Source: Lama guanicoe
Taxonomy: Eukaryota
Reading direction: 5' to 3'
DNA: 64,000 nucleotides
NCBI GenBank assembly: GCA_013239625.1
Contig: MU054220.1
Coordinates: 2,789,374-2,853,373, forward strand
In this document: positions 40,880 through 52,781 of the stretch, piece by piece
Numbering within the stretch: position 1 is the first letter of the stretch
How the letters are laid out: the number at the start of each line of letters is the position of its first letter
Program-made: the position numbers and the translations under genes
The notes under the pieces: generated by a model
Told to the model about the DNA's origin: nothing
What the model saw: only the letters and a program-made list of their open reading frames with translations
Databases searched by the model: none

Positions 40880-41739
40880 GTGAGTAAATGAATGACAAGC
40901 CCAGTGATGGGTCAGGTGGGACAGAAATCCTCATGGGCCCTTTCTGAGCAGCCTGTGATGCACTTGTCAGCTCATCTGTCAGATCCCACTTAGCTAAATA
41001 TTCTAGCTGCTGATCTCTGTACTATGAAGAAGCTTATTTTATCATCAGGGTTTCTTAGCAGTGACCAAAGAAGTAAGAAAAAGGAAAATTACCTAAATTT
41101 AAAATAATTAAGATAACACCATTTTAAACCTTATAATGTTAACTTACTGGACGAATTTAGCCAAAACTGCCTGCCAGTGAGGAAGGAATGCAGTTATCAC
41201 TTTTTTCCCCCACTATATGCCAAAGAGAGTAAGGAAGGAAAAATAGCCAAACTAGCCATTGAAAAGTACTCAGTTCTGCTCTGGAAAGTGATGGCATTGA
41301 GCATCATACTTAAACCCAAAGCCTTTTTGATTAAGATTTACACTAGGAAACTGCACAGGGAACTTTCTACCTAGGCTCAAGCAACCCTGCCTGCCCATAT
41401 TCTCCTGAGTGTATTCTTCCATCAGTTGGGCTGAACTCACCATTCTCATGGCAGAATGGCAGAATTGCCCCAGTCTGGACCTTGAGGGGAGTAGACTTGC
41501 CTGGTAGAAAGGTTGGGATTTCCTATCTGAGGCCCCAGCTTTCAGGCAAATAGAGAAGGGAAAAGAAGTTTGGGACCAAAAGTGATTTTTGAATTGCCTC
41601 TGGAGATGGGATGGACAGTGCTAACATGATACAAGAGTATTTTGATTGTTCATCAGATAAATCTTTAGTACCTTAGCTATCAAAAGGTTATGCAGTTTTC
41701 AGGAGAATTCTTTGCCTCCTAGAGCTTCAGACACATGTA

Positions 41740-43850
41740 CAGGCAATTATCATGTCCATTATGGGAAGTACCTTGTGGTCTGAGAACACATGGGAAGGAC
41801 ACCCAACTCATTCTTAAAAGTTATTACAGAAAGTTTCCTTGAAAGATTGACATTCAGTCTTAGACCCAAAATCCCAGTGAAGTTAACCTGAGAGAATTTT
41901 GGAGGAAGAAAAAAAAAACGTCCCAGGCAGAGGGCAGAGCATATATGCAAGTCCAGGGTGGAGAGATGCATGTAAGCTTAAGAACCAAAGGTGATTTCAT
42001 GTGGCTGAGCACAGGAGTAAGAGCTGAGGCTGGAGAAGCCATTGGGCCAGAGCCTTTGGAACCTTGTAGGATACATAGGAATTGGACCCTTTTCCTGGAA
42101 ACAGTGGAGATCCATTAAATTATTTTCAAATGTGATCAGATTTTTGTTTTAGAAAATTCCCTCTTAACCACTGCATGGAGAATAGTTAGGAGATTGTCAG
42201 GACTGGCAGGAAGGACAGTTAGGACGTTGTCAGCAGTAACAGTGCACTAGGTACTTTATGAGGGTTATCTATTTTAATCCTCACAACAACCCTGTGAAAG
42301 CAGATACTGCTCTTTTTTAGATGAGGAATCTAAGGTTTAGTCCATGTTTTTCAAATGATGGGTCATGACCCATTAGTAGGCTGTGAAATTAATTTAGTGG
42401 ATTGTAAGCAGAGTTCTTAAACAAAATAAGTAAAATAGAATAGGAAATATTAGAGTACATAACACGTAAGTATTGTCTCATGAAGTTATAGAGGAATAGA
42501 TACATATCTGTATGTGAGTACTGGTTACGGTGTGAATTGTATTCCCTGTTATGTGTCTGCAGCAACCACTGCAAGGTTATCTTAGGTGCAGCTAAATATT
42601 CAGACTCACAAGACTGTTAAGGGCCACACTTGACACCAGCCTGCTTGGAATGATATAGGACAGAAACCAGAGCTTGATAGCAAGACAGCATCAGACATTT
42701 TTCTTCAGTGGGAGACCCTATAGTGGTCCATATGGCATTGTCTGCAGCTGTCCAGGGATAGCTCAGGTACAGGGAAATGAGATCTTTATCAGGAAAGTGG
42801 GAGAGCCACCCTCGCACAGAAGCCTTATGCCTCACAGGAGCCCAATAGATCTTGTAACAACTGCATAGGCATGGCTTTTAAGGTCCCCGCAGTGGACGTG
42901 CCCAGTTATGAGTCACCCCACTTCAGGAAGTCCAAAACATGGTGTCTCATCAAATATTTTTAATTCTCCCCACTGAGATTTGATTTAGCAATAAGGGATC
43001 ATTTTTACCATAGGCAGTGTTGCCTGCTAACATAGTTGACATTCTTGCTCTTACTAGGTTTCCAGGGGTATACATCTGGAGAGTTAACTGAAGGTCAGAC
43101 CCTTATGCATAGGATAAAGGATTTTGCCCACAGGTTCACAGTTTAGAAAGTTTGAAAAATACTGGCTTCAAGAGATCAGGTATGTTATCTGAGGTTACAT
43201 AACTAAGTGGTAGAACCAGGATTTGAACACAGGCAAGGCTGACCCCATGTGTTTAATCACAGTTTTCTGCCACTGTTTCAGTAAGCCAGACACAAGCTAG
43301 AGTAGTGGCAATGAGGATAGAAAGCAGACATATTTGAGAAGGATTTAGGAAGAAAAGGTAGAGTAGGAAGCATTAGGAATGATTCTGGAGTTTATTTAGT
43401 AAGAAAAGGCCATTTACTGAGATGATGATTGTAGGAAGAAGAAAGGGTTGGAGGAAGAAGTTGATGAGTTTCAGACATGCTGATTTTGAACTTCTTGTGA
43501 AATTTCCAAGTAGATATGTCTAACAGGCAGTTGAATGTATGATTCTGAAGTTCAGGAAATATCGGTCCTGAGATATAAGCATGAAAGTCTTTAGTACTGG
43601 ATGGTAATTGAAGCCATAGGATGGGTGAGAGCTCCCAAGAGGAGTGAGGACATTGGAGAGAAAAGGGATTCCAGGGCAAAATCCTGAGAAATACTTACAT
43701 TTTGGATTGGGCAGAGGTAGAGGAATCTACAAAGGAGATTTAGAGAAGGAGTGGCCAAAAATGAGGAGTTAGAGGACCAGAAATGGGGGTGAACTGAAGC
43801 TGTGGATAGGAAGATATTCAGAATACGTATTAAGGCCATTGGCAGCATTA
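41740..43850 (-). mobile_element. LINE-2 fragment split by nested MIR, hAT MITE and an unidentified insert
   Basis: L2-like at about 41740-42240 and 43275-43850. MIR halves at about 42245-42340 and 43170-43270. hAT-like ends at 42343 and 43165. Confidence 0.6.
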
Positions 43851-44192
43851 TTGCCATGTTGGGCACAAGTTCTGGGTGGGACCAGTCCTTGGATTAGGCA
43901 TTTAACCTCAGCCTGAAGAGGCAGCATGGTATAGGACAGGAAGCTAAGGTTTGGAATAAGAATAACTACATTCTAGGGTAGCATTTGGATCCTCTTAAGA
44001 GCTGATGCATCTTTTATAAGATTATTTATCCAGAGAGCTATAGAATTAATAATACCAAAATGAATATTAATAAGTATTTGTACTGAATACCACTTCACAT
44101 ATATAGTATAGAAGATCTGACAATGTCTAAGACTTAAATAGGACTTGAGAATTACCTTTAAGTAATATGATAATTGTTTTCTTTCGTCATAG

Positions 44193-44486
44193 GTTCGACC
44201 CAAGCCTGTGGCCCAGAATAACATTCCTATTGCCCCAGCACCTCCTCCCATGCTTGCAGCTCCTCAGCTTATCCAGAGGCCCGTCATGCTGACCAAGTTC
44301 ACCCCCACAACCCTCCCTACCTCCCAGAATTCCATCCACCCCGTCCGTGTCGTCAATGGGCAGACTGCAACCATAGCCAAAACGTTCCCCATGGCCCAGC
44401 TCACCAGCATTGTGATAGCTACTCCAGGGACCAGACTCGCTGGACCTCAAACTGTACAGCTTAGCAAGCCAAGCCTTGAAAAACAG
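44193..44486 (+). CDS. PHF21A: PHF21A coding exon (294 nt, phase 0-0), Pro/Thr-rich
   Basis: ctttcgtcatag acceptor and CAG|gtacag donor. Translates [21 protein letters not shown]...LSKPSLEKQ; overlaps ORF 44208..44675. Confidence 0.96.
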
Positions 44487-47400
44487 GTACAGACAGAGCA
44501 TGCACCTGCTACGGGCAGTAGCTTTGCCATTGAGGCTACGCGGTCTGTAAGGATCTTATATTCTCAAGGGCTCTTTATCTCAGCACCATTATCTGCTGCT
44601 TTTCCTGTGATAATTTATTCACAGTGCAAAAGGACCATTCTTACTGAAGAAAGTTGGGTTCCTTTACCCTTATAGATGGGTTTAGATTCCTGTGTAAGTG
44701 AGCTCCCCCTGCTGGTTCTGAAGCAGAAATTCACAGATGGATTCCACTACCCTCAGTCAAGAAGCACAGATGAGATAGTAAACAGAAGATGCCACATTAG
44801 TTTCGGCCCAGTAAGAACCCAGATGAGGATATCACTGAAAGTCAGGAAGGATAAACAAAACAAGGAAAGGGATTTCATTTCAAAGATGTTCCCTGGTTAT
44901 TACAGACAATGAAGAGCCAATGAAAAAAAGTTAAGATTTTTAAAATGCATTCTTTTAACTCTATAGAGGATGCAGACATTATAGCTCAAATATTGAAGCC
45001 TTTCATTTATATTTCTAAAATCAGATTTTTTTCTTTTAAAAATATAAAGCTATAGAAATACAGGTAGCCTCCAAAAAGGTTTCTTAAGTATTCTATGACA
45101 GAAAGAGTTCTGAAAACAGGAAAAAGAATGTATAGGCTGTCACCATACTCTTTCTATTTAAAGAAACATCAGTGACAAAAAAGAATTTTGCAAAGAAAAG
45201 CATCTCTTTCAAGAAAGTTGCTTTAAAAAGTCATTGACTTATTTCTAATCGCTTGGGCTTGAGTCCTCATTCATCTGAAAATAGTCTCTGGTGATCCTGA
45301 ATCTTCTGCTTCTGGGTGGCTAACCATGATTCATTGAGGCTGGCCAGATGGTGGGGAATGAGAAGGCTTCCTGCTGCCTTGGCCTTCTTGAACAGAGGAA
45401 ACTTACGCATAGAACACCGGCTTTCTACCCAGGCAACTCATGAATGCAGCCAAGCTTGCACTAAGAAGCTGGGTACCAAAATCTTGTACTCAGGAAATAG
45501 AATGGAGAACACATCTCTCTATTCCTGGGGCGCCTACTTGAACCCCAGGAAACGCTTGGAGGAACATTCAAAAATAGGTTACTTTCACGTATTTTAGATC
45601 AGAAGTTTTCAAATTTATTATCAGCAGAACTTCAATATTAAAATATTGAAAGTGAAATTCTTAAGCCTTAGGAGTTTGGGTGGGGACATGTTTGGAGACC
45701 ACCTGCCCTTATGTCCTGTGCTGGCTCTCAGAGGACCTCTGAGGAGGCTTAGACTTGTAAAGAGTGGCTTTCAAACACTGTATTCGATTACTAATACTAT
45801 TTTTGTTTTTTGATAAAGAGAATTTTAGGAGATAAGAATCTTTTCAGTTTCATTTCATTTTTACATTATTTTTTCTGTTTGAAAGATGATACATACTCAT
45901 TGTAAAAGAAAATTCAAATGTTATAGAAATAATATATTGTAGAGCGTGCATCCCCTCATCTATGAAGAGAGTAAACTTCCCCCATAATTTTACCCCTCAG
46001 AAAGTTACTGTTAACGATTTAGGTTCTATTCCTCCACATATTTTCTATGCACATACTAACCTTTTTAAGGTAAAAGGTAAAATCAAACCATATATTATTT
46101 TGTAACTTGCTTTTTTCTTATTAGATCTTGAATATCTTTTCATGTCCTGGCCTTACATACTAAGAGAGCTTTTCATTTTAATTATAACATCATAAAAAGG
46201 TACCCATAAATTCTTAAAAATTATTAAAAAGTTCTTTTCTAGCAGTGAACTCCGTGGTCTCTCTTCTTGTTGATCTAATAGAGTAATGCAATCATTGCTG
46301 TTTAGTTTAGCAGGCCACATGGCCTAGCAGTCTTGCAGGTTACCAAGCTCAGTCAGCAAGGATTCTCTTTAGACTGGACTCCCTTTTCAGAATTCTCTTA
46401 CTTCAGGTCTTTCTACTATCCTTCTTCTCTTTTTTCACATTTAATTTCCAGTATCTCATTGATAGCCATTAAGAGATCTCATAGATAGGCAATATGTAGC
46501 CATGGAAGTACCACTTAACAGCCTGCGCAGTTACCATAACCTGTGTCTAACATTCACTCTGTGACCAGGCTCGATGGTTCTTTTCTCCTTCCTACTCTTT
46601 TCTTGGGGGTGATAACATCCATTTATCAAAAGGTGTCGATCACGTACCAGCTGCTGTGCTACACGTGTTGTCTAATACACGAGTCTGTAAGTCAAAGCCA
46701 GTACCTTCACACAGCTCAGTCTGCAGTGCCTTTGGAGCAGGCGCTGTGGCTCTGCTCGGGGGGAGAAAGCATGGAAGGTTGTGTAGTTTCGGAGGCCTCT
46801 CCACGTTAGTACAGGAGAGGGAGAGGCAGTGTCAGCTGTGACAGTGGTGGTCTCGCTTCTCCTTCCCCCACCAGGCATCCCCAACTTATCTACCTCAGAG
46901 AAGAGAGTCCCTGTCTTACCCCTTATTAGAAGCCTTATTACATCGTGGCTAAGAAAATGAGTGGTAGCGTTTAAAGAGCTTTGGGGCCAGAACCATATTT
47001 AAGGCAGAAAAGTAGATAAAACCAGACAAACTTATGGCCCCTACACTGCCTCCATTTATGTCTTTGTCCTCTCTGGCACTCTAGGAAATAGGTCTAAACA
47101 CCTTTTGATGATGAAATGATATAAAGCGTTTGAAGTCCGGTAGACTGTACCTGATGCAGTTAATTCTCAGGAATTATATTCATTTTTTACATCCCACCCC
47201 ACCCCCTGCAGTAAAGACCTCTGTGTATGTCCCCAAGGCTAAGCTACTTGAGAAATCCTAGGTTCTATGGAAAAATTTGTCAGCTTGTCACCCATTCCCC
47301 TACTTCCTTATATCTCTTGTATAGGAACCTACACAGTATCCTCTTAAAAAAAAGAGTGCTTCCAAGTTGTGAATAGTACCCAGTGTATTATCCTCAAATC

Positions 47401-47990
47401 CCGGTCTTCCCTCTTAGGAAACTTGAGCTGGTGACTCTTCACGCTCCATTTTAATACTGGTTCTATAGTAGGGAAAATGGAGCCAAGTGACCAAATGATG
47501 GACTTTACTTTGCCCTCAATCCAAAATTTTTTAACCTTGATTGATGAAACTATTTGGATATTTTTTAAATTTGCAAGTGCCTAATTTTGATTATACATGC
47601 AGCTCAGCCTCAGAAGATGAATATGGAATTCAAGGTATAAATGGCTAACTTAGTTCTTGTCTTATCCAGTTTTTGGTTTCTAACTTTATAAAACCAAAAA
47701 AGAACAGGATTTGCAAATTTATACAGGTGCAGAGTAGAAAATATAAATGAATAAAGCAGACTTAGAGTAAACAAGTGGATTTTTTTTCACTTTCAATGGG
47801 AACATGAGTACAAGAGATATGCCACTTTTATTCTTAATTTGTCTTTGAAGTAGTAAGACAAGCATGATAAAATTGACAATTTGGCCTTAGTGTCAAGAAA
47901 ATAATAAAAAGTGGAAGAGACTGTGGTAAACTGCAAAGTAATGTACTCCATCTCAAGGAGGCAGCTACTTTTTGACAATAGCCAATTTTT

Positions 47991-50381
47991 TTTTAAATTG
48001 AAGTATAGTTGATTTACAGTGTTGTGTTAGTTTCTGGTGTGCAGCATATTGATTCAGTTATACATATATATATATATTTGTCTTTTCATATTCTTTATCA
48101 TTATAGGTTATTACAAGATAATGAATATAGCTCCCTGTGCTAAACAGTAGGACCTTGTTATTTATCTATTTTGTGTATAGTAGTATCTGCAAATCCCAGA
48201 CTCCTAATTTATCCTCCTCCCACCCAAACCATCCCCCACCATAACCAAAAAATAAGGAACGCTTCATGAATTTGCATGTCATTCTTGCACAGGGGCCATG
48301 CTAATCTTCTCTGTATTCCAATTATAGCATATGTGCTGCCAAAGCAAACACATTTGTGTCATATTTTATATTCTGTTATTTTAGATATGTCATATTGTAT
48401 GGTATTTGTCTTTCTCTTTCTGACTTACTTCATTTAGGGTGATAATCTCTCAGTCCATCCATGTTGCTGCAAATGGCATTATTTCATTCCTTTTTATGGC
48501 TGAGTAGTATTCCATCATGTATATATACCACATTTTCTTTATCCATTCATTTGTTGATGGACATTCAGTAGGTTGCTGACATGTCTTGGCTGTTGTAAAT
48601 AGTGCTGGTGTGAACATCGGAGTGCATGTATCTTTTTGAATTAAAGTTTTCTCCAGATATATGCCCAGAAGTGGGATTCCTGGATCATTTGGCAACTCTA
48701 TTCTTAGTTAACCTCCATACTGCTCTCCATAGAGGCTACACCACCAATTTACATTCCCACCAACAGTGTAGGAGGGTTCCCTTTTCTCCACACCCTCTCC
48801 ATCATGTTATTTGTAGACTTTTTAATGATGGTCATTCTGACCTGTGTGAGGTGGTACCTCATTGTAGTTTTGATTTGCATTTCTCTAATAATTAGTGATG
48901 TTGAACATCTTTTCATGTGCCTATTGGCCATCTGTATGTCTTTTTTTGAGAAATGTCTGTTTAGATCTTCTGCCCACTTTTTGATTGGATTGTTTGTCTT
49001 TTTGTTACTGACTTGTATGAGCTTGTTTATATATTTTGGAAATTAAGCCTTTGTCAGTCACATCATTTGCAAATATTTTCTCCAGATTTGTGGGTTGTCT
49101 TTTCCTTTTGTTGATGGTTTCCTTTGCTGTGCAAAAGCTTGTAAGTTTGGTTAGGTCTCATTTGTTTACTTTTGCTTTTATTTCTATTGCTTCGGGAGAC
49201 TGACCTAAGAAAACATTCCTACAATTTATGTCAGAGAGTGTTTTATGTTCTCTTCTAGGAGTTTCATGGTGTAATATCTTATATTTAAATCTTTAAGCCA
49301 TTTTGAGTTTGTGTATGGTGTGAGAGTGTATTCTAACTTCATTAATTTACATGCAGCTCTCCAGCTTTCCCAACACCACTTGCTGAAGAGACTGTCTTCT
49401 CCATTGTATATTCTTGCCTCCTTTGTCGAAGATTAATTGACTATAGGTGTGTGGCTTTATTTCTGGGCTCCCTATTCTATTTCACTGATGCATACATCTG
49501 TTTTTGTGCCAGTACCATGCAGATTTGATTACTGTAGCTTTTAGTATTACCTGAAGTCTAGGAGAGTTATGCCTCCAGTTTTGTTCTTTTTCCTCAGAAA
49601 AGAATTGCATTGGCAATTCCAGGTCTTCCATGGTTCCATATAAATTTTAGGCTTATTTGTTCTAGTCCTGTGAGAAAACATCATGGGTAATTTGATAGGG
49701 ATTGCGGTTAAATCTGTAGATCACTTTGGGTAGTATGGCTATTTTAACAATGTTAATTCTTTCAGTCTAAGAGCATGGGACATTATTCCAGTTCTTTGAA
49801 TCATCTTCAGTTTCCTTTATCAGTGTTTTGCAGTTCTCAGCATATAAGTCTGTCACCTCTTTGGTCAGGTTTATTCCTTTTTTTTTTTTTTTGATGTGAT
49901 TTTAAAATGGATTTTTTTCTTTCCCTTTCTGATACTTCATTGTTAGTGTAAAGAAATGCAACAGATTTCTATATGTTAATCTTGTATCCTGCTGCCTGGC
50001 TGAATTCATTTATCAGCTCTAGTAGTTTTTGTGTTGAGTCTTTAGAGTTTTCTATATATAGTGTATCATGTCATCTGCATATAATGACAATTTTACCTGT
50101 TCTCTTCCAATTTGGATAACTTTTATTTCTTTTTCTTGTCTGATTGCTGGACTAGGACTTCCAATACTATGTTGAATAGAAGTGGTGAGAGTAGGCATCC
50201 TTGCCTTGTTCCAGATTTTAGTGGGAAGACTTTTAAGCTTTTCACTGTTGAGGAATATATTGGCTGTGGGTTTGTCATAAATAGCCTTTATTATGTTGAG
50301 ATATGTTTACTCTATACCCACTTTGGTAAGAATTTTTATCATGATTGGATGTTGAATTTTGTTAAATGCTTTTTCTACATC
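47991..50381 (-). mobile_element. 5'-truncated LINE-1 (about 2.4 kb, artiodactyl/camelid-type 3' end) containing the U6 copy
   Basis: L1 3' UTR plus ORF2 C-terminal remnants (ORFs 48450..48695, 48749..48931). 19-bp TSD TTGACAATAG(C/T)CAATTTTT at 47972-47990 and 50382-50400, with an L1 endonuclease-like T/AAAA site on the minus strand. Confidence 0.93.
48247..48351 (-). pseudogene. Full-length U6 snRNA retrocopy
   Basis: Minus strand reads GTGTTTGCTTTGGCAGCACATATGCTATAATTGGAATACAGAGAAGATTAGCATGGCCCCTGTGCAAGAATGACATGCAAATTCATGAAGCGTTCCTTATTTTTT. This is U6 with about 10 substitutions (about half at CpGs) and a 3-nt deletion. The flank upstream is L1, with no snRNA promoter. Confidence 0.96.
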
Positions 50382-51906
50382 TTGACAATAGTCAATTTTT
50401 ATCAGATGAAAACTTTTTAAAGAAAAGCCAGAAATCCAGAGATTTTGAGATATATTTTTGAGATTTAACAAAAAGTACTGGTAACTGTTTAAACACCACG
50501 TAGGCAAAAATAACATCTGCAACACAGCCTTACCTCTGTATAATGGTTTATAATCTCTGATAGAGACCAAACTTTTAGCTTAATCTTTTTTGTTTGTTTC
50601 CCAACCTAATTGTTTTCTCAGTTGAGGTGAAATTCATATCACATCAAATTAACCATGTTAAAGTGAAGAACTCAGTGGCATTAGATAGTTTTATAATGTT
50701 GTACAACTACCACCTCTTATCTAGTTCCAAAACATTTTTATTACCCCAAAATAAAACTCAGTACTCATTAAGTAGTTACTCCTTCTTTGCTCCTCCCCTA
50801 CCTCTGGCAATCACCAGTCTGCTTTCTGTGTCCATAAATTAACCTATTCTGAATATTTCATATAGATGGGATCATATAATATGTGACTTTTTGTGTCTGG
50901 CTTCTTTACTTAGCATGATGTTTTTCATATTTATCCACCTTGTAACATGTATTGGTACTTCATTCCTTTTTAAATAGCCAAATGTATTCCGTTTGTATGT
51001 ATGTATCACAATTTGTTTATCCATTCTTCCATTTATAGGGTTATTTTCACTTTTTGGCTATTAGGAATAGTGTTGCTATCAATATTCATGAACTAGTATT
51101 TGTCTGAGTACCTGTTTCCCATTCTTTGAGGTATATAACTGACAGAGGGATTGCTAGATTATATGGTAGTTCTGTGTTTAACTTTTTGAGGAACTGTCAA
51201 ACTGTTTTCCACAGCAACTGAATCGATTTATATTCCCACCAAGGTATGAATATTCCATTTTCTCCACCTCCTTGCCAACACTCAGTATTATCCTTTAAAA
51301 AAAAATTATAGCCATCCGAGTGTGTGTGAAGTGGTATCACATTGTGATTTTGATTTGCATTTCCCTAATAATTAATGTTGTTGAGCATCTTTTCATATGC
51401 CTATTGGCCGTTTGTATATTTTCTTTGGAGAAACCTCTATTTGAGTTCTTTGCCAATTTTTAAATTGGATTGTTTGTGTTTTTGTCATTGGGTTGTAAGA
51501 ATTCTTTATGTAATCTGGATACCAGACCTTTATCAGATATATAACTTGCAAATATTTTCTTTCAATATATAGGTTGTCTTTTCACTTTCTTAACAATATC
51601 GTTTGGTGGAGTCCAGATTATTATTTTTTTCTTTTGTTGCTTGTGCTTTTGGTGTCATATCTGAGAATCCATTGTCTCATCTAAAGTCATGAAGATTTAC
51701 CCCTAATTTTTCTTCTAAGAGTTATATGGTTTTAGTTCTTATATTTAGGTCAGTAATCCATTTTGACTTAATTTTTATATGTAGTGTGAAATAAGGGTAA
51801 CACTATTATTTTGCGTATGAATACCCAGTTCTCCCAGCCCTATTTGTTGAAGAAACTATTCTTTCTCCATTTGAATGATTGTGGCGTCATTATTGAAAAT
51901 CTGTTG

Positions 51907-52781
51907 AGCATTCAACAGGAGTGAGAAAAGATACTCAACATCACTAATTATTAGAGAAATGCAAATTAAAACTACAGTGAGGAATCACCTCACACCAATA
52001 AGAATGGCCATCATCAGAAAGTCCACAAATGATAAATACTGGACAGGATGTGGGAAAAAGGGAACCCTCCTACACTGTTGGTGGGAATATAAATTGGTGG
52101 TGTAGCCTCTATGGAGAGCAGTATGGAGGTTCCTTAAATAACTAAAAATAGATTTACCATATGATCCAGCAATCCCACTCTTGGACATATATCTGGAGAA
52201 AACTCTAATTTGAACTCTGATTTCTATGTAAGAGCACCCTAGTGTTCACTATTTACAATAGCCAAGACATGGAAGCAACCTAAATGTCCATCAATAGATG
52301 ATTATTTTATAAAGAAGATGTGGTATATATATACAATGGAATACTACTCAGCCACAAAAAGGAATGAAATAATGCCATTTGCAGCAACATGGATGGGCCT
52401 AGAGATTTTCATACTAAGTGAAGTAAGTCAGACAGAGAAAGACAAATATCATATGACATCACTCATATATGGAATCTAAAAAAGTGATACAAGTGAACAT
52501 ATCTACAAAACAGAAAGAGACTTATAGACATAGAAAACAAACTTATGGTTACCAGCAGGGAAAGGGGAGAGAGAGGGATAACTTGGGAGTTTGGAATTGG
52601 TAGGTACAAACTATGGGCAGAATAGATAAACAATAAGGTCCTACTATATAGCACAGGAAACTATATTCAATGGCTTGTGGAAGTAACCTGTAATGAAAGA
52701 GAGAGAGTATATGTGTATATTATATGTAAAATAAATAAATAAAATCAACAGATGATATTTAAATGAGAAAAAAAGAAATCA
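51907..52781 (+). mobile_element. 5'-truncated younger LINE-1 (about 0.87 kb) nested antisense in the old L1
   Basis: ORF2 end and 3' UTR on + with an A-rich tail. TSD TGAAAATCT(G/A)TTG at 51894-51906 and 52782-52794. The host L1 resumes collinearly. Confidence 0.9.

Noticed and set aside
44487..44675. Extension of the 155-aa ORF beyond the donor
   Set aside because: Read-through into intron after a canonical donor. The same applies to ORFs 39342..39713 and 63325..63603.
45727..45743. Interrupted palindrome CTCAGAGG-A-CCTCTGAG
   Set aside because: An isolated 8-bp arm is plausible by chance in 64 kb.
48247..48351. Functional U6 snRNA gene
   Set aside because: CpG decay, a 3-nt deletion and L1 rather than a PSE/TATA promoter upstream mark it as a retrocopy.
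51901..51918. Hairpin CTGTTGA-GCAT-TCAACAG at the 5' junction of the nested L1
   Set aside because: The second arm is mostly ordinary L1 sequence, and 7 bp cannot separate fold-back from chance.
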